DNA of 63,802 nt, counting the filler, from Octopus bimaculoides (Eukaryota): NCBI RefSeq assembly GCF_001194135.2. It is 6 parts of 5 records of this genome, joined end to end, with 100 filler letters (N's around TTAATTAATTAA, not from the genome) between each part and the next. Parts side by side here need not be neighbours in the genome. Positions count along the whole stretch, not along the records: positions 33,719 to 60,798 come from NC_068990.1; 5 more parts are not named here. One strand, given 5' to 3'. How positions within the stretch are numbered: the first letter of the stretch is position 1; every line of letters starts with the position of its first letter. The position numbers and the translations under genes were made by a program. Of the stretch, positions 37,461 through 50,929 are shown one piece after another. The notes under the pieces were generated by a model. That model ran no database searches. It worked only from the letters and a program-made list of their open reading frames with translations, and was not told the origin of the DNA.

Positions 37461-38129
37461 ACGTCTTTTTCTATGCGAATTTTTGCTACCCTGGTAACTA
37501 TTTATTTATTTTTCCTTGTTATTGGTACACATTGAAAAATATACATACATTTATATATATANNNNNNNNNNNNNNNNNNNNNNNNNNNNNNNNNNNNNNN
37601 NNNNNNNNNNNNNNNNNNNNNNNNNNNNNNNNNNNNNNNNNNNNNNNNNNNNNNNNNNNNNNNNNNNNNNNNNNNNNNNNNNNNNNNNNNNNNNNNNNNN
37701 NNNNNNNNNNNNNNNNNNNNNNNNNNNNNNNNNNNNNNNNNNNNNNNNNNNNNNNNNNNNNNNNNNNNNNNNNNNNNNNNNNNNNNNNNNNNNNNNNNNN
37801 NNNNNNNNNNNNAGCGTGTACTTGACTGGTATATATTGTATCAAACAACATACTCCAGCTGCTACACTAGAGTCGTGCTGTCTTTTTTCTCTATCTCTCC
37901 AAGAACAAACAACGAAAACTGCCCTCATGCTCCTTTACTCAAACAACCTTACTTATTCGTCGTTTTTTGCTTTTCTTTTTCTGTGCCGAATCCCAAGCCT
38001 CACGTTAACAACTACACTCTTACCAAAATTAAGGCAACTGTCGGCCAGTAACCATTCGAGAGTAACGTTACCTATGTCTCTGAATTCTTGCAAATGTCGT
38101 GAGCATAGATTCATCCCCACAGGATTATT

Positions 38130-38311
38130 TTATTCTTTTATTTGTTTTAGTCATTTGACTGCGGCCATGCTGCAGCATCGACTTTAGTAGAACAAATCAA
38201 CCCCAGGACTTATTTTTTGTGAGCTTAGTATTTATTCTGTCAGCTCTTTTGCCGAACCGCTAAGTTACGGAGACGTAAACACACCAACATCGGTTGTCAA
38301 GCGATGGTGGT

Positions 38312-38364
<53 letters not shown>

Positions 38365-38502
38365 GACGGGCTTTCAGTTTCCGTCTACCAAATCCACTCA
38401 CAAGGCTTTGGTCGGCCCGAGGCTAAAGTAGAAGACACTTGCCCGGGGTATCACGCAGTGGGACTGAACCCTGAACCCTGAACACAGCCACTCCTGCGCC
38501 TA
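38130..38502 (-). mobile_element. SINE family A
   Basis: Ends in cacagccactcctgcgcctat (reverse complement of the head); internal (CA)n. Confidence 0.88.
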
Positions 38503-41500
38503 TAAGGTTGTTAAAAAACCCTATAATCTACGAATTGAAGAACATGAGTCGAGTGACTTTTCTTTTGGACGCAGCCTCGAAGAATATCACTGCCTGAAAC
38601 GTAGAACCATTATTCTATTCTAGATCTCATTTGGGATATGCAGTGAATTAGGAACTATTCAGAACTGAGGTATTTCCGAATCTGAACTGAAAGACGTTTT
38701 GCTAAATTAGGAAATGTGAGATAATCAGAAGAAAGTATCAGCGATTATGAAACACATTTGCAGTGATTTTTCAGAGCTCTAGTAGCGTGTTGTTTAAGAC
38801 AGAAGTGGGTCGAGCAGAAGACTTTTACTTCAGTATGTACTGCGATTCCATCTGGGGAGCCTGAACCATCAGCACTGATGTGAAATTTCACTTATACAAC
38901 TCCATTTTATTTTTATGCGATCTGAGCCGGCAAGACTTGGAAGAGCACAGTAACAACTGTTACCCCGGGCAAGTGTCTTCTACTTCAGCCTCGGGTCGAC
39001 CAAAGCCTTGTGAGTGGATTTGGTAGACGGAAACTTTATTAAGATAACACTAAAAAAAGTGGAGAAAATATATTCCCAGAGATATTCTCTTCTTTATTCA
39101 TAAAATTCTAAAGTACTCGACTCGACATTTACGAATAGATTATTCTGTCCTTTGATGTGTTTAATGAAATCACATTCACCTTTTGCGTCTATTGGCTCAA
39201 ATACAATTTAATGAAACTTTTTCACTGGCATGACCTTACACTACACCCAAGAATTCTTCTAGTCTTGCAATATATTTCATTTGAATATATTCAGCAAGAA
39301 TATCGCGTCATTTTTGATGGTCTTTCTATCAAGATTGCTGTCCCATTTCAGTAGCAAGCCGTCACTACTTGTTACATTAAGCTTTATTCATTACGATTTT
39401 GTTGGACAAATCCTCACTCCAGCACCACCAAAAGCTATGTCATTTCCCCTCTTCTTGTCCGTCATCAAAATATATTTTCTTTGCATCTTACTCTTCTAAT
39501 AGACAAGTTACTGAGTTATTCAACGAGTTGCCAGGATTTTATATTTAAAAAAAAACTGTCCAACAGCAACGTTTCTCTATTTCTCAGTACATTGTCAATG
39601 TAGTTCGCCGTCAATTTCTCTTTGTTAAAACTTCTTAACGTTCCAGCCTCTGCTTACCATAACAATTTGACTTGTATTGTCAGCATTTATTGATGTATCA
39701 GGTATTTAATTTCAGTAGCTGGAACTTAATTATGACAAAAGCTAGGTCACATATTCTCTATTTCCACATCAGTGGACTTCTCGTTTTCTATTATTTTGAT
39801 CCAAACTATCAATTACACTTATCCCAACCCATGACACACCGTCTCATCACCTTTCCGAATTTGAATTAATAAGCACATAAGGCTTGTTTTGTTATCCACC
39901 AGACTCAGGCCTTTTCTACCACCATTTCTGGTGGTGGAGTGCATGTTACTTTTCCTGGTCTGTGATGAAAATTGTGAATAATGTGATGAGAGAAGTGGTA
40001 TTATAACCAGTTGCTTACTGGTCCATTTGAACACTTTAAACATGAATGTTGTTTCAAACTCTACCTTAATTGTCATTCTTAAACAAGAACATTTCTATCT
40101 AGCTTGTCCTGTCTTTGTTTTTTCTCATCAATTTACTAAACAAGTACTGCTCCATGTTTGATATTTTTACTGTTAAACAGTAAAGCTGTTTTCCTCTTTA
40201 ACATTTTGTTTCATATTTTTCTATTTGATTGCATTTACCTGATGTTTAATTTCTGTCTTCCCACTCTAAAGATTATCTACATATTCTAAAAAAATACAGA
40301 AATATTCAAGAAATGAGTTCAGTACAATGCAAGGAGGATGTACAACCATTAGTTTAGGTTTCAATATAATTATAAAATTTATGCTTATACTTCACACTAA
40401 TATTAATTACATATCAAAATAATTCTCCTGTTTACTTATATTAATTCCTTTCGAGTTAGAATTATTGACCCCTGTAAATTCCACGGAATGAAAAAAATAT
40501 AAAAGGACCTATTTAAGAAAGAAAGAATGATTTGCATTTTTATAGCATTCTTAGTCTGATTTTCTTTAAATATACTTAACGTTCGTCTATATTAATTTCT
40601 TCACGTCTCTGCCGGTGTTGTTTCTTTTCTCTTTGTATTATATTTTCTCGCTGCTCTTCTCTGATATGTGCTCTGTATATGCGGATCCTTTCTCGAGCAG
40701 CTAGCAACTGTCTTTCTTGTAAATCCATAGTTTAGGCTAAATTAACGCCTATAAACAAATATGAATTTTCAAGCGAATAGACGATATGTGCATGTGTTAA
40801 GCGATGGGTGCTATAAAAAATTAGTTCAATAAATAATTAACTCTTATTGTCAACATCACCACCATTACTGCAAAGTACAAAATACCTCTCGGCACTGAAA
40901 ACCAGTACGTTCATGATCTGCGCATGTCATTTGATTTCAAACAGATGAGTAATGTTTTCCACGACATCTACTCCGACCGTATGGTATTGTTGAGTTACTT
41001 GAGAAGATGTATGTTAATGCTTGTCTCAGCTGATTGTCCCGACTTTCTATACAAGAATGGTGTATTACGAAAAAACTGATAATAGCAACTACGGTACGAA
41101 TGATGTAAATAACTAGGTGTGGGGAATACCGCTCGGTTTGGATGATCTGTCTTAAGAGCTTTCAGAAACTTGCACAAACTTGTCTGTTCCCTCCTTTTGG
41201 CAGACACCTTACGCAACCGGCAGCAAACCGAGAATATTTCTAACGAGGAGCAGAGGAAATGCTGAGAAACGATGCAAGCTAGTTGAAGTCCATCGCCAGT
41301 TTCCATCCCATAACTCTGCAGAGTTTAAGAGCTGCGCTAAGTTATACGTAACGAGGTTGGCACTTGTCCTTAAGAAGTGTGAGTGGGAAAGCGCAGCTCT
41401 GTGAGATTTCTGATAGATCTGTCCAAAATCTCCACAGCATTTTAGAGAGGGTGAGTAATAAATATGACTTGGATGGATGTACATGAATCTATCAGCCAAA

Positions 41501-43331
41501 GCCTTCGGTTGACCTCTATACTTTGTCTGAGGATAGCCTCAGGGCAGCTGGCTTCTGTCGGGTTTTCAGAGCTGGATCGTAGCATCTGATCTGTAGTTAA
41601 ATCAATTAATCACCTACTGAATCATTTTGAATTATACTTTAATCATACTTTCTATCAGTCACTATTTTCCTCTTTCATTACTCCCGTACGGATTTGTTAT
41701 TGATCACTTACTGATAAAGTTGAATATGCTAAGGAGCGGTCACCTCTACACTATATTTCTATATAGTGTGGTAAGAAGAGCATATATCAATGAGGAGAAA
41801 TAGATCGGCCTGCTACGCCGTAGAGGCAAGCTACTGTGACCAACTCCTTGGATCATCGAAACAACATTTTAGTAAAATATATGTTTAGAAAAGATCTTGA
41901 GCAATATAACAAGAGTGGCCGGCGTCTCCCGGAAATGAATTGAGAGGTAGCAATGATTAATATGCCTGGCAGGGGTGGTGAGCCCGTATTTTGCTTCTGT
42001 TATTTATTTTCTCTTCACTGTGATTACGTTCTTCAAATTTTCATATTACCAGTTTGAAGCGTTTCTCGTTGAAGGGCTGCATTCCATTAATCTACTGCCA
42101 ATATTTTCTGCTCTTCTCTTTGATTGTGATGCACTTCTGGCTCATGGCATATTGTCAGGCCCTTATTATTTACGAGAGACAGTCGATGATATGTCAACTA
42201 GTGCATGATTTTCGGGAATGTTGATGAGCTAGAAAGAAGACGTTGAGAACATTTATCCAGAAGTAGGGTAGGGGTTATTGATAACTTTCAACAAAGTTTG
42301 GTCGAGCAATGCTACCTGGGAGATTGCTGGTTCGGTATAGACCTTACACGGAGAGTGTTGTGTACAAACTCGGGTACTTTTCGAGAATTTTCACGTGTAA
42401 ATATATGTAGAACAGCTTCTGCCATATGTAAATTGATATAACTAATGCATGTAAAATAGATATAATTTTGGAGAGAAGTGTGGGACTTTTGTTTTGCCCA
42501 GTGACAGTGACGAAACAGATTTATAATGAACCTAGTTGAAAGTACTAAAAGACGGGCACTTTCCTTTCCAGTTCCCATCGACCTCTTCCGATTCTACTTA
42601 GAGGTGGATGTAACGGGAAAGTTTGAGCTATTTTGATTCGGTAAATTTGTTGGAAGCTCGGTATAATGACAAGTATAGAAGATATGAGTGAGCATACTCT
42701 CCTATTACAAAAAATGTATCTCTTCACCTAATGAATTTAAGCAAGAAAGTCAGGTGTGAAAAGTGGCATTCTGATTTTCAAAACTGGAAGTGGGCTTCCA
42801 TATATCCTTGAAATAGGTTTAGGTGCAGCATCTGGTTGATGTCTGATAGGATATGTGCTCTATCGACCAGAGTAAAGCATATGGAAGCCTGAAGTTGATT
42901 TTATGACAAAGGAGGAGGCAAGGAGATAGAGGTAACGCACAATCCGTGCTACTGCTACCGTTTGTTCCAGACCCTAACCAGCTGTAGCTCTAGGTGTGGT
43001 CTGAGCGGTGGTAACTGAAGAGTGTGTTGATGCTGGACGGTTCCACCAACAATAAAGATGTTGACAGTCCAGAAGATGAGCGCCCTTCTCCTCCAACGCA
43101 GAAATGGCCAGAGATCATGAGCAGTAGTACAGGCTTACATAACTACATAACTAATTGAAGACTGGAGAAGAATTATAAAAAAATAAAGAGGTGGACAAAT
43201 ATTTGATCTAAAAGAAGGGGCTGTCATGAGTTATTTCGAAGATGCATCCATCACCATCAGTAGCTGAGATCTACGGTGACTCGATTTAAAGATAAAAGAG
43301 AATGTGTTGAATAGAAAAGAAGAGTAAACTA

Positions 43332-44160
43332 TTGGGTTGTCCGGAAAGTTCGTACCGATTTTAAAAGGAAAGAAAAAGGTCAATAAATACTTGCCATTGC
43401 ATTTTTAATCAACCAAATATGAACCATTTTGTTGCACAATGTGTCTCCATCTTTCCTTTAACTTGAAAATATCCTCTTCCCAGAATTGAGGTGGTTTTAT
43501 GGCAAAATTCATCAAGGTATCTTTTTATGTCATCCAAGGAATTGAAGTTTTTAACATTAAGACTATTCTGCAGAGACCTGAATAAGTAGAAATTCGAAGG
43601 AACAATATCTGTTTAATATGGAGGGTGCGGTAACACATTCCAGCCGAGCTGCAGAAATTCTTGTCTGGTTCCCAAGGAAACGGGCGGTTTTGCATTATCA
43701 TGTTGGAAAACAACACCCTTCCTGTTGGCCAATTCTGGATCTTTTTCTTGAATTGCTGCTTTTAACTCGTCAAGTTGTCTGCAGTATTTCTCAGAATTAA
43801 TTGTCTGGTTACTTGGGAAAAGCTCATAGTACAGAATTCCTTTCCAATCCCACCAGACACAAAGCAAGACTTTTTTAAGGTGAAGACCCACTTTTGGGGA
43901 GGCTAAGGGTGGCTCATGTCACTTACTCCAGGATCGCTTTCTATGAACATTTCGGTAGATAATCCATTTCCTCATCACCTGTCACAATTTGCTTTAAAAA
44001 AGGCGCGTTTTCATTCCGTTTATAAAGTGAATCACTGATGGAAATGCGATCCAAAAGGTTCTTCTCAGTCAACTGATGTGGTACCCCAAACATCGTAGCG
44101 ATATGTGTGCCCAAGCCTTAATAGGTGTTCATGAACGACGAATGTTGATAGGTTGAGGCT
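43332..44160 (-). mobile_element. Mariner transposase C-terminal half with 3' TIR
   Basis: KKVLLCVWWDWKGILYYEL...INSEKYC.QLD.L...NRKGVVFQHDNAKP...LGWNVLPHPPY. TIR ttgggttgtccggaaagttcgtaccgatttt at 43332 after TA. The 5' part is replaced by a SINE piece. Confidence 0.9.
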
Positions 44161-44162
44161 TC

Positions 44163-44250
44163 CTTATTTCTTTATTGCTCACAAGGGGCTAAACATAGAG
44201 GGACAAAGAAGCACAGACAAAGAGATTAAGTCGATTAAATCGACCCCACT
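44163..44250 (-). mobile_element. SINE family B, 3' fragment
   Basis: tatttctttattgctcacaaggggctaaacatagagggacaa...gtcgattaaatcgacccca is the reverse complement of the family B tail. Confidence 0.8.
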
Positions 44251-44460
44251 GTAGGATGTGGAAGAATTAGAGTTTCGGGTAAGTAAGAACCCATCCAAAT
44301 TCATTACATCTTGTTTGAAGGCCACGCAGAATAAGGGGATCTTCTTAGCCTTCTTAGTTGCTTCTTAACCTTTTGTCGGCGATGGTACTTCTTTCATTAG
44401 GAGTTATGCACTAAATTTTTATCCTGGATTAAAGTATGCGTAACGGTTTTGCTTCAGGTT

Positions 44461-44551
<91 letters not shown>

Positions 44552-45389
44552 CACACACACACGCACGCAAACGCACACATACACACGTATGTATGTATGT
44601 ATGTATGTATGTGTAATACAGCCCTACACATTTTGTGACTCCTTTTGTACGACACTTTATGTATTATATGTTTAATACCTCAGGGCTAAAAAGGAACGAT
44701 TATTAATCCTTCTCATTGCATTTTGTCATAATTGGACGTCTCTAACAGATCTCTTGCGAGAAAATTTGATTTTACCACAGTTTAGTTGAGAAAAAAATAT
44801 CAATTAATAATTACGGCCTGTATTAGAGGGGTAGTAGGAAGTGGTCGTCACAATGACGGTAGCTATGAATGCACAAATAAAAAGAGACTGCAAGCATTTG
44901 TTAAAGTTCTGTAAATTAAGTGTAAATAAAAAATATAAACAAAAAACTGACGATGGCTAATCAAAGAAACGTTGTTGTATATTGAAACATTTGCAATTTA
45001 AGTAATATTTATAAAAAGTGGCATTAGCTTCAATAAATATATAACTGTCAACAACTGATTTATTAGCATGATGAGAAAAGAAGAAAAGGAAAAGAATTAA
45101 TGTTTGGAAATGTGTGTAAAAAATAAAATTACAATGTCGCTTTGCGTGAAAAGATCTTCGATTAAAAGGAAAGAAGAAAAGTAATGGCCGCAAGAGTGTT
45201 ACAATGTGTCCTCCGTCGAACGGGTCAGGTTCAAAGATGAAACGAAGCGATGGTCAGAAATTCAGTACTATTTACTGCTTTTACATGGAAAGATGTAACA
45301 ATGATGTGACCGTCATTATGTGTAATGGGATGTCCCGCTGATATATATATATATATAGCTTCGAACATATACATACATGCATACATATA

Positions 45390-45984
45390 TTGGATTGTCC
45401 GGAAAGTTCGTGCCGATTTTCCAAAATGTTCTTCTCTCTCAACTCATGTGGAGCACAAACATCGTAGCGATTTGTGTACCCAAGCTTTACTAGGTGCTCA
45501 TGAAAGACGGATTTTGATAGGATGAGGCTTTCTGCCAATTCTCGGGTTGTGCAATGTGAGTTATTCTCAATTAAAGACTTGATTTGGTCATCATCTGTAG
45601 TGGATGGTCTGCTGATTGCTCTTTATCAATAAGACTACAATCTCCAGCTCGGAACTTTGCGAGCCACTTCCGTACAGTTCTTTCGGACAAAGAAACATCC
45701 CCGTAAACTGCGCATATTTCTTTGGTTGCTTGTGAGGCATTTTTCCCTTTACAGAAAATGAAAAGCATCAAGTGCCGAAAATGAACTTTCTTATCTCCCA
45801 TCTTAAAGGGTTACAGAATTAACACAAGTTATAGGAACATAAACCTTCTTCCACGAAAAGATAGCTTAAACTGTGCTCTAAATGGAGGTGTAGTCAAATC
45901 CTGTTTTATGGACTCAACCATGTTCTAATATTAAGTCGAAAGGTAAGCTATTATAAGTCGGCACGAACTTTCCGGACAACCCAA
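45390..45984 (-). mobile_element. Internally deleted mariner (595 bp) with both TIRs and TA duplication
   Basis: TA|ttggattgtccggaaagttcgtgccgatt ... agtcggcacgaactttccggacaacccaa|TA. N-terminal HTH KVHFRHLMLF.F.KGKNASQA.KEICAVYG...SERTVRKW..KFRAGD. Confidence 0.92.
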
Positions 45985-46449
45985 TACTTACATATAAATA
46001 CGTACAAACAAACATATATATGCATGCATGCATGCATGTATGTATGTATGTATGTATGTATGTATGTATGTATGTATGTATGTATGGATGGATAAATGGA
46101 TGAAAGCTCTTCTGATAAACAAATGTTGAGCAGCTTAATATAAATATTACATAAATATATATTTCGATCGAAGCATTTTTGAGAATATGATTGCAAAGAT
46201 TTACTGTATAGAACTGTAAACAGATAATACAATCAAACGCTTGAAATTGTCAATAATTAGCTTACTCTGGTGGTTGGATCTATATTGGATGTATAAATAC
46301 ACCCGAACCTAAGTAATTATCTAATTAATTCAAATAAACATCAAGTTTAATAGAGGAAATATGCGCTAGACCTCAAATCAATATATAAATAAGATGTGGC
46401 CGAATAGAATTAGTAACTGAGAGATTATTTCGAAATTAAAGACAGATAC

Positions 46450-46498
<49 letters not shown>

Positions 46499-47951
46499 TC
46501 TTTATTAGCCATAAAAGCTAATAAAACTGTAGAAAATGATCAAATAGGTGATGGGGCGAGTGAAAAGGGATATCAAAACAAGCAAGAAATAGCTGCTTGA
46601 AGCGAATCAGGAAGGCCCCACGGAAATCCAATTAGGAAAGACTTTTCGGTTCCTAGCTTACAGATACATTTTCAGTGTAGATTAGTATTATATTTGCTGC
46701 TTTCTTCCACCTATTAACGGGTTTGCTAGATATGGAAGCACCTTCCCCCCAATCTGCACCCAACTTTTCATGTGAAACCTGGAAAGGTTGATTACGGCTT
46801 TTTCGAAGAAGAACGTGGCTGCCTTTATTAATTGTTTTGTCCGTTACTCAATCCTTTTAATCATAGTCACCACACAAATGAAAGTGCTTTCTCATATCAA
46901 ACAGAAGAAGATGACAGAGCGATTTTCATGATATTCTTGCCTGATGACTGGATTCGTCACTCGCAACAACAAAAAATCAGTAATGCTCTGATACTGAGCA
47001 AGTTGGCGTGAATCAGTTTCATCACTTTGCGCATTTCTAGGAGAGGCCCATCTGAATGTCTCTTTGAAAGCTTAATTCTCTCATGTTCCACAGCAGAACC
47101 GGGTGTTTCTGGAAATTATCCATTGTTTCTTGGTCGAAAGTTCTCCGAAGCATACCAAGTTGATTCTTGTCGAGGCTTAAAGCTTCATTGATCTTTCCCA
47201 CTACAAATCCTTTATAAAACACCGACGTAGAAGTTGTCTGATTGCTAGAAGTCTATACGAGTTCAACACAATCATTCCAGATGCCACGTTCTGTGGGGAA
47301 AGGTGACTATAAAAGTGACCGCATTTGGTTGCCATCGAAGAATCGCTGTAGATGTTGCAATTTCAGCACATTCCTTCGCACCAACATCCACAGAATAAAG
47401 TGCCCTCCGTGCAGAGTACGTAGATAGTAGATGGACCGTCTGACCAGTATTTCTTCCACAGGAAGCGAACGGGTAGAATCTCCAAGCTGGTTTGACAGAC
47501 ACTAGACAAAGTACAGCGGTCACACAGTAGTATACGAGAAAGATGGTATGTATGTTTCTCACCTCTACCCGACTTTTGAAGGACAGCCTCTATTCACCTT
47601 AGTGCGGGATGAAACTGTTCACTATGCATGTAACTTTTTCCCAGTTCTCATTATGTTCAGGTGAGGTCTGGACCTTTCGTTACGTTTTCTACATCGCTGC
47701 ATGACAACTCCTCCAGGTACCAGATAGCAAACACTCCAATTATTCGGGTTATTTTTGTTTTACAGACATTCAGAATCTTATATTCTTTTAGAATAGTACA
47801 GGTCACTTAGGCTTCTGAGGTGTCCGACATCATTACGATGATGTGTGCTTGGCCAATACGGCTCTTCTGCGTCCTAGTGTTAATAAATTTTTCCTACAGC
47901 ATTCCAGTTTTCACAGTATTTTCGAGAGCCAATATTTTGCAGAAAAGAAGG

Positions 47952-48758
47952 TGATCTTTCTGATTTGGCGGACACCATTTTTTATTTAGTTTTTATTTAG
48001 TGTGTTTTCTACCGAAACACTTTAAAACTTCGCGTACTTGTATATTTTGTCTTATAGAACAGAGAAGCATTTTTATATTCGAAGTTATTTCATGTTAAAA
48101 ATTGTCGTATTTCGGTAATTTCAACCAATTACTGACGTCTATTGAAGGGACAACAATTACTGATGTGCTTTGTCAACAACACGTTGTGGCGGTGTAATGG
48201 GATCTTTTCCCTTGAATAAAATTAGTGTCGTTGTTTGTCAACAATAACTATTGGCGGTACTGTTATTTATGGCATCGTTCGTGCGTTTGTACTGGTTTTA
48301 GCTTTAGGGTTTTTGGGTTAGGGTTCAGGTTTTAGAGTTAGGGTTATGGTTAGGGTTTTAGGGTTAGGGTTAGGGTTAGGCAAAAATACTCATAACCCTA
48401 ACCCTAACCCTAAAACCCTAAAGCTAAAACCAGTACAAATGCACGAACGATGTCATAAATAACAGTACCGCCGATAGTTGTTGTTGACAAACAACGGCAC
48501 TAATTTTATTCAAGGGAAAAGATCTCATTACACCGCCACAACGTGCTGTTGACAAACCACAGCAGTAATTGTTTTCACCTCAATAGACGTCAGTGATCGG
48601 TTGAAATTACCGAAATACGACAACTTTAACACGAAATATAAACTTTTCTCAACAACACTAAGAGTAAAAGATGTTTTATTTGACACATTCTACCAATGTC
48701 CCAAGTTTGAAAGTGTTTCGTTAGAAAACAAATGGTGTCCGCCAAATCAGAAAGATCC
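47952..48758. mobile_element. Foldback/MULE-like non-autonomous DNA element with ~400-bp inverted arms and central head-to-head telomeric repeats
   Basis: Termini (T/G)GATCTTTCTGATTTGGCGGACACCATTT ... AAATGGTGTCCGCCAAATCAGAAAGATCC. 8-bp direct repeat AAAGAAGG at 47944-47951 and 48759-48766. TTAGGG-type repeats at about 48304-48380, then CCCTAA repeats at about 48393-48420. Confidence 0.85.
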
Positions 48759-49697
48759 AAAGAAGGGAATGGAGACTTTTAACTGAAAACTATTGCGATC
48801 TTAAATAATCCCAATAGATCTCCATTTACTCAAACTACCGAACAGATTATGCTTTGCGACTTCATCTGAAGTCTGAAACCGGTTGTTTTGAGGACAATCA
48901 CCATGTAACTATCGATAGCTTTCGATGGATGCAAATTTATCAGGGACTCCTCAAAAGCCAAGCTTACACTACATAAACACTCTATGATGTAACATAAGAG
49001 GTAGAGGTAGTCTGTGACTACCTGCATCTCATGTGTTACATCAAGTGGGAATTTCACATGTCTACACTTTCGACGACCAGCAGCAACATTTCAGCAAATA
49101 CTCTGGCCAACGTCTTAACACAACATTTAACAGTGTTATGTATTAAAACATTGCAGCAAACTTTCAAGATAGGCACGAAAACCCATTCCTTTCTCTGTTC
49201 CACTTATCTCAGTGGTATACGGGTGAAATGTCGCTGAAAAACTGCACATATCTGCCTGCAATCGAGTAGCACTCGCTTATACAGCTATGTCAAAGTCTGA
49301 TGTGAAGTTTTGTGACTAAGTCACGTCTCTGGAGCTTGGGCTCATAGGCAGCCTCCATTCCTTTGTGTATTAGAGCAGATACCTTGGCTTTTACAAAGCA
49401 AATTTCAACATTTACACTGAAGCCATGGTTGAAAGCTACTCTCACCATTTGTACGTCCCAAGTAATAACACTTTAAAATCACCTTTTGTAATTAACTCAC
49501 TAACTCCCCCAATCTACTTTTCTTTTTTAAACCTACTGGTTTTAGTTAAACGGCTATTGAGGAAGTCAATTACCGCTTAACTAAAAGGCTAAACAATCTG
49601 GGCAATATCTGTTCATTTTCCAATAGTCAGGTTCCCTATCAGGGTCGTTGGAGTGAGAAGCCTACTGGTTGAAATAGTGGACATGTTCGTTTATCTA

Positions 49698-49929
49698 TCG
49701 GCGAGCTGGCAGAATCGTTAGCACGCCGGGCGAAATGCTTAGCTGTATTTCGTCTGCCGTTACGTTCTGAGTTCAAATTCCGCCGAGGTCGACTTTGCCT
49801 TTCATCCTCTCGGGGTCAATTAAATAAGTACCAGTTACGCACTGGGGCCAATGTAATCGACTTAATCCCTTTGTCTGTCCTTGTTTGTCCCCTCTATATT
49901 TATCCCCTTGTGAGCAATAAAGAAATAAA
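49698..49929 (+). mobile_element. SINE family B, full length, inserted in the Tx1-like remnant
   Basis: Near-identical to 16814-17050. Confidence 0.9.
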
Positions 49930-50929
49930 TTGCCCCATCAAAATACGATCCGGATGATCAGATGCATTTATTCCATTTCCAAACTGGTGCACTTGAGTAA
50001 TCTGCTCGGGAACCTATCAGACAGTGGCAAACATATAATAGGTCTTGGAGGCTTTTAGAACTCTTCTCCTACGAGCTATTCCACACAGTCTCATTGTGCG
50101 TATAAGATGCCGTTCCAGGCTTTCACGGTTACAAAAGATCGAAATATTCCAAAAAACACCTCTAGAGTCCGGGCGAAATTCGTCTGCCTTCTGCTATAGG
50201 TGCATACAGGGCTTCTAGCATGGATATACCATCTTTGCTTCACATGTTGAGGAAGATCGTCTGTACTTTTACGGAATAACACTTCTAATTCTCCTCATCC
50301 CAGCCAACTGGAATGTCGTAGTCGAAGAGGCACACTAATGTATGCATTCCGGAAATTCGGGTTTCGCTAATTGCTACCATATCTATATCTAGTGACCTGA
50401 GTGTGTTAAGCAATCGACCTTGTTTCCAAGCGACCCGACGCAATGCACATTGATATATCTTACTCTGATATTTTTCAGCAATTTTGAAGAGAAAAGCGAG
50501 GGGTAGATCGGTTTTAACGGCAGTTGCAAGGATTTCCTCGTGAAGCATTTCGAAAAGCACCATGCTTGGTTTCATTACGAAAGCACCCCACCATCACCTG
50601 TGAAGTTTTTTTTATAAGGTATTCATTTACGGAATCCCACAATGTCCTTTCGAAACCCTCACCGTTGATCAATGTTCTTTCTCATTCTTTTTGTATATAC
50701 CTCGTAAAACCGGTGTTCTTTTTATAAACAATAATAAAGTTGATCATGTGACGTTGTGCAGTTGGCTGTTGCTGTTACACTTCTTGTTTGTTTTTCTAGT
50801 GTTGCTTTTGTGTTCGTCAGCTTTCTTGTTTCCATGGGTGTGAATGTGATTTTTGCAGTTTCCGTTATTGATTTGGTAGTGTTGGCCTAGTTAGGCAAAA
50901 CTGCAAGTGTATTTCATCGAAATCCAGAA

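Larger units (their letters stand above)
46600..50450 (-). mobile_element. Highly decayed Tx1/L1-like LINE ORF2 (endonuclease, RT, C-terminus) with nested insertions
   Basis: KQGRLLNTLRSLDIDMVAISETR (APE start); VCTYS...NFARTLEVFFG...WNGIL; LIHNTVK..KTLARVFA; LINL.PSKAID; SLLFCKILALE; TFDQETMDNFQK. Interrupted at 47952-48758 and 49698-49929. Confidence 0.7.

Noticed and set aside
39200-40250. Possible Gypsy integrase remnant on the minus strand (RNGGRKGLSLVD..., WIK)
   Set aside because: Too decayed to support by eye; needs tBLASTn/HMM.
41960-42060. ICLAGVVSPYF, faintly like SERT TM11 ICW..ISP.F
   Set aside because: In-frame stop just upstream, no PG.YW motif, no suitable splice sites.
40900-43150. 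Possible old LINE remnant on the minus strand
   Set aside because: Several short ORFs but no diagnostic motif recognised.
48304-48420. Ancient telomere-telomere chromosome fusion site
   Set aside because: The repeats lie inside mirrored non-telomeric arms with an 8-bp target duplication, inserted in a LINE; transposition explains it better.
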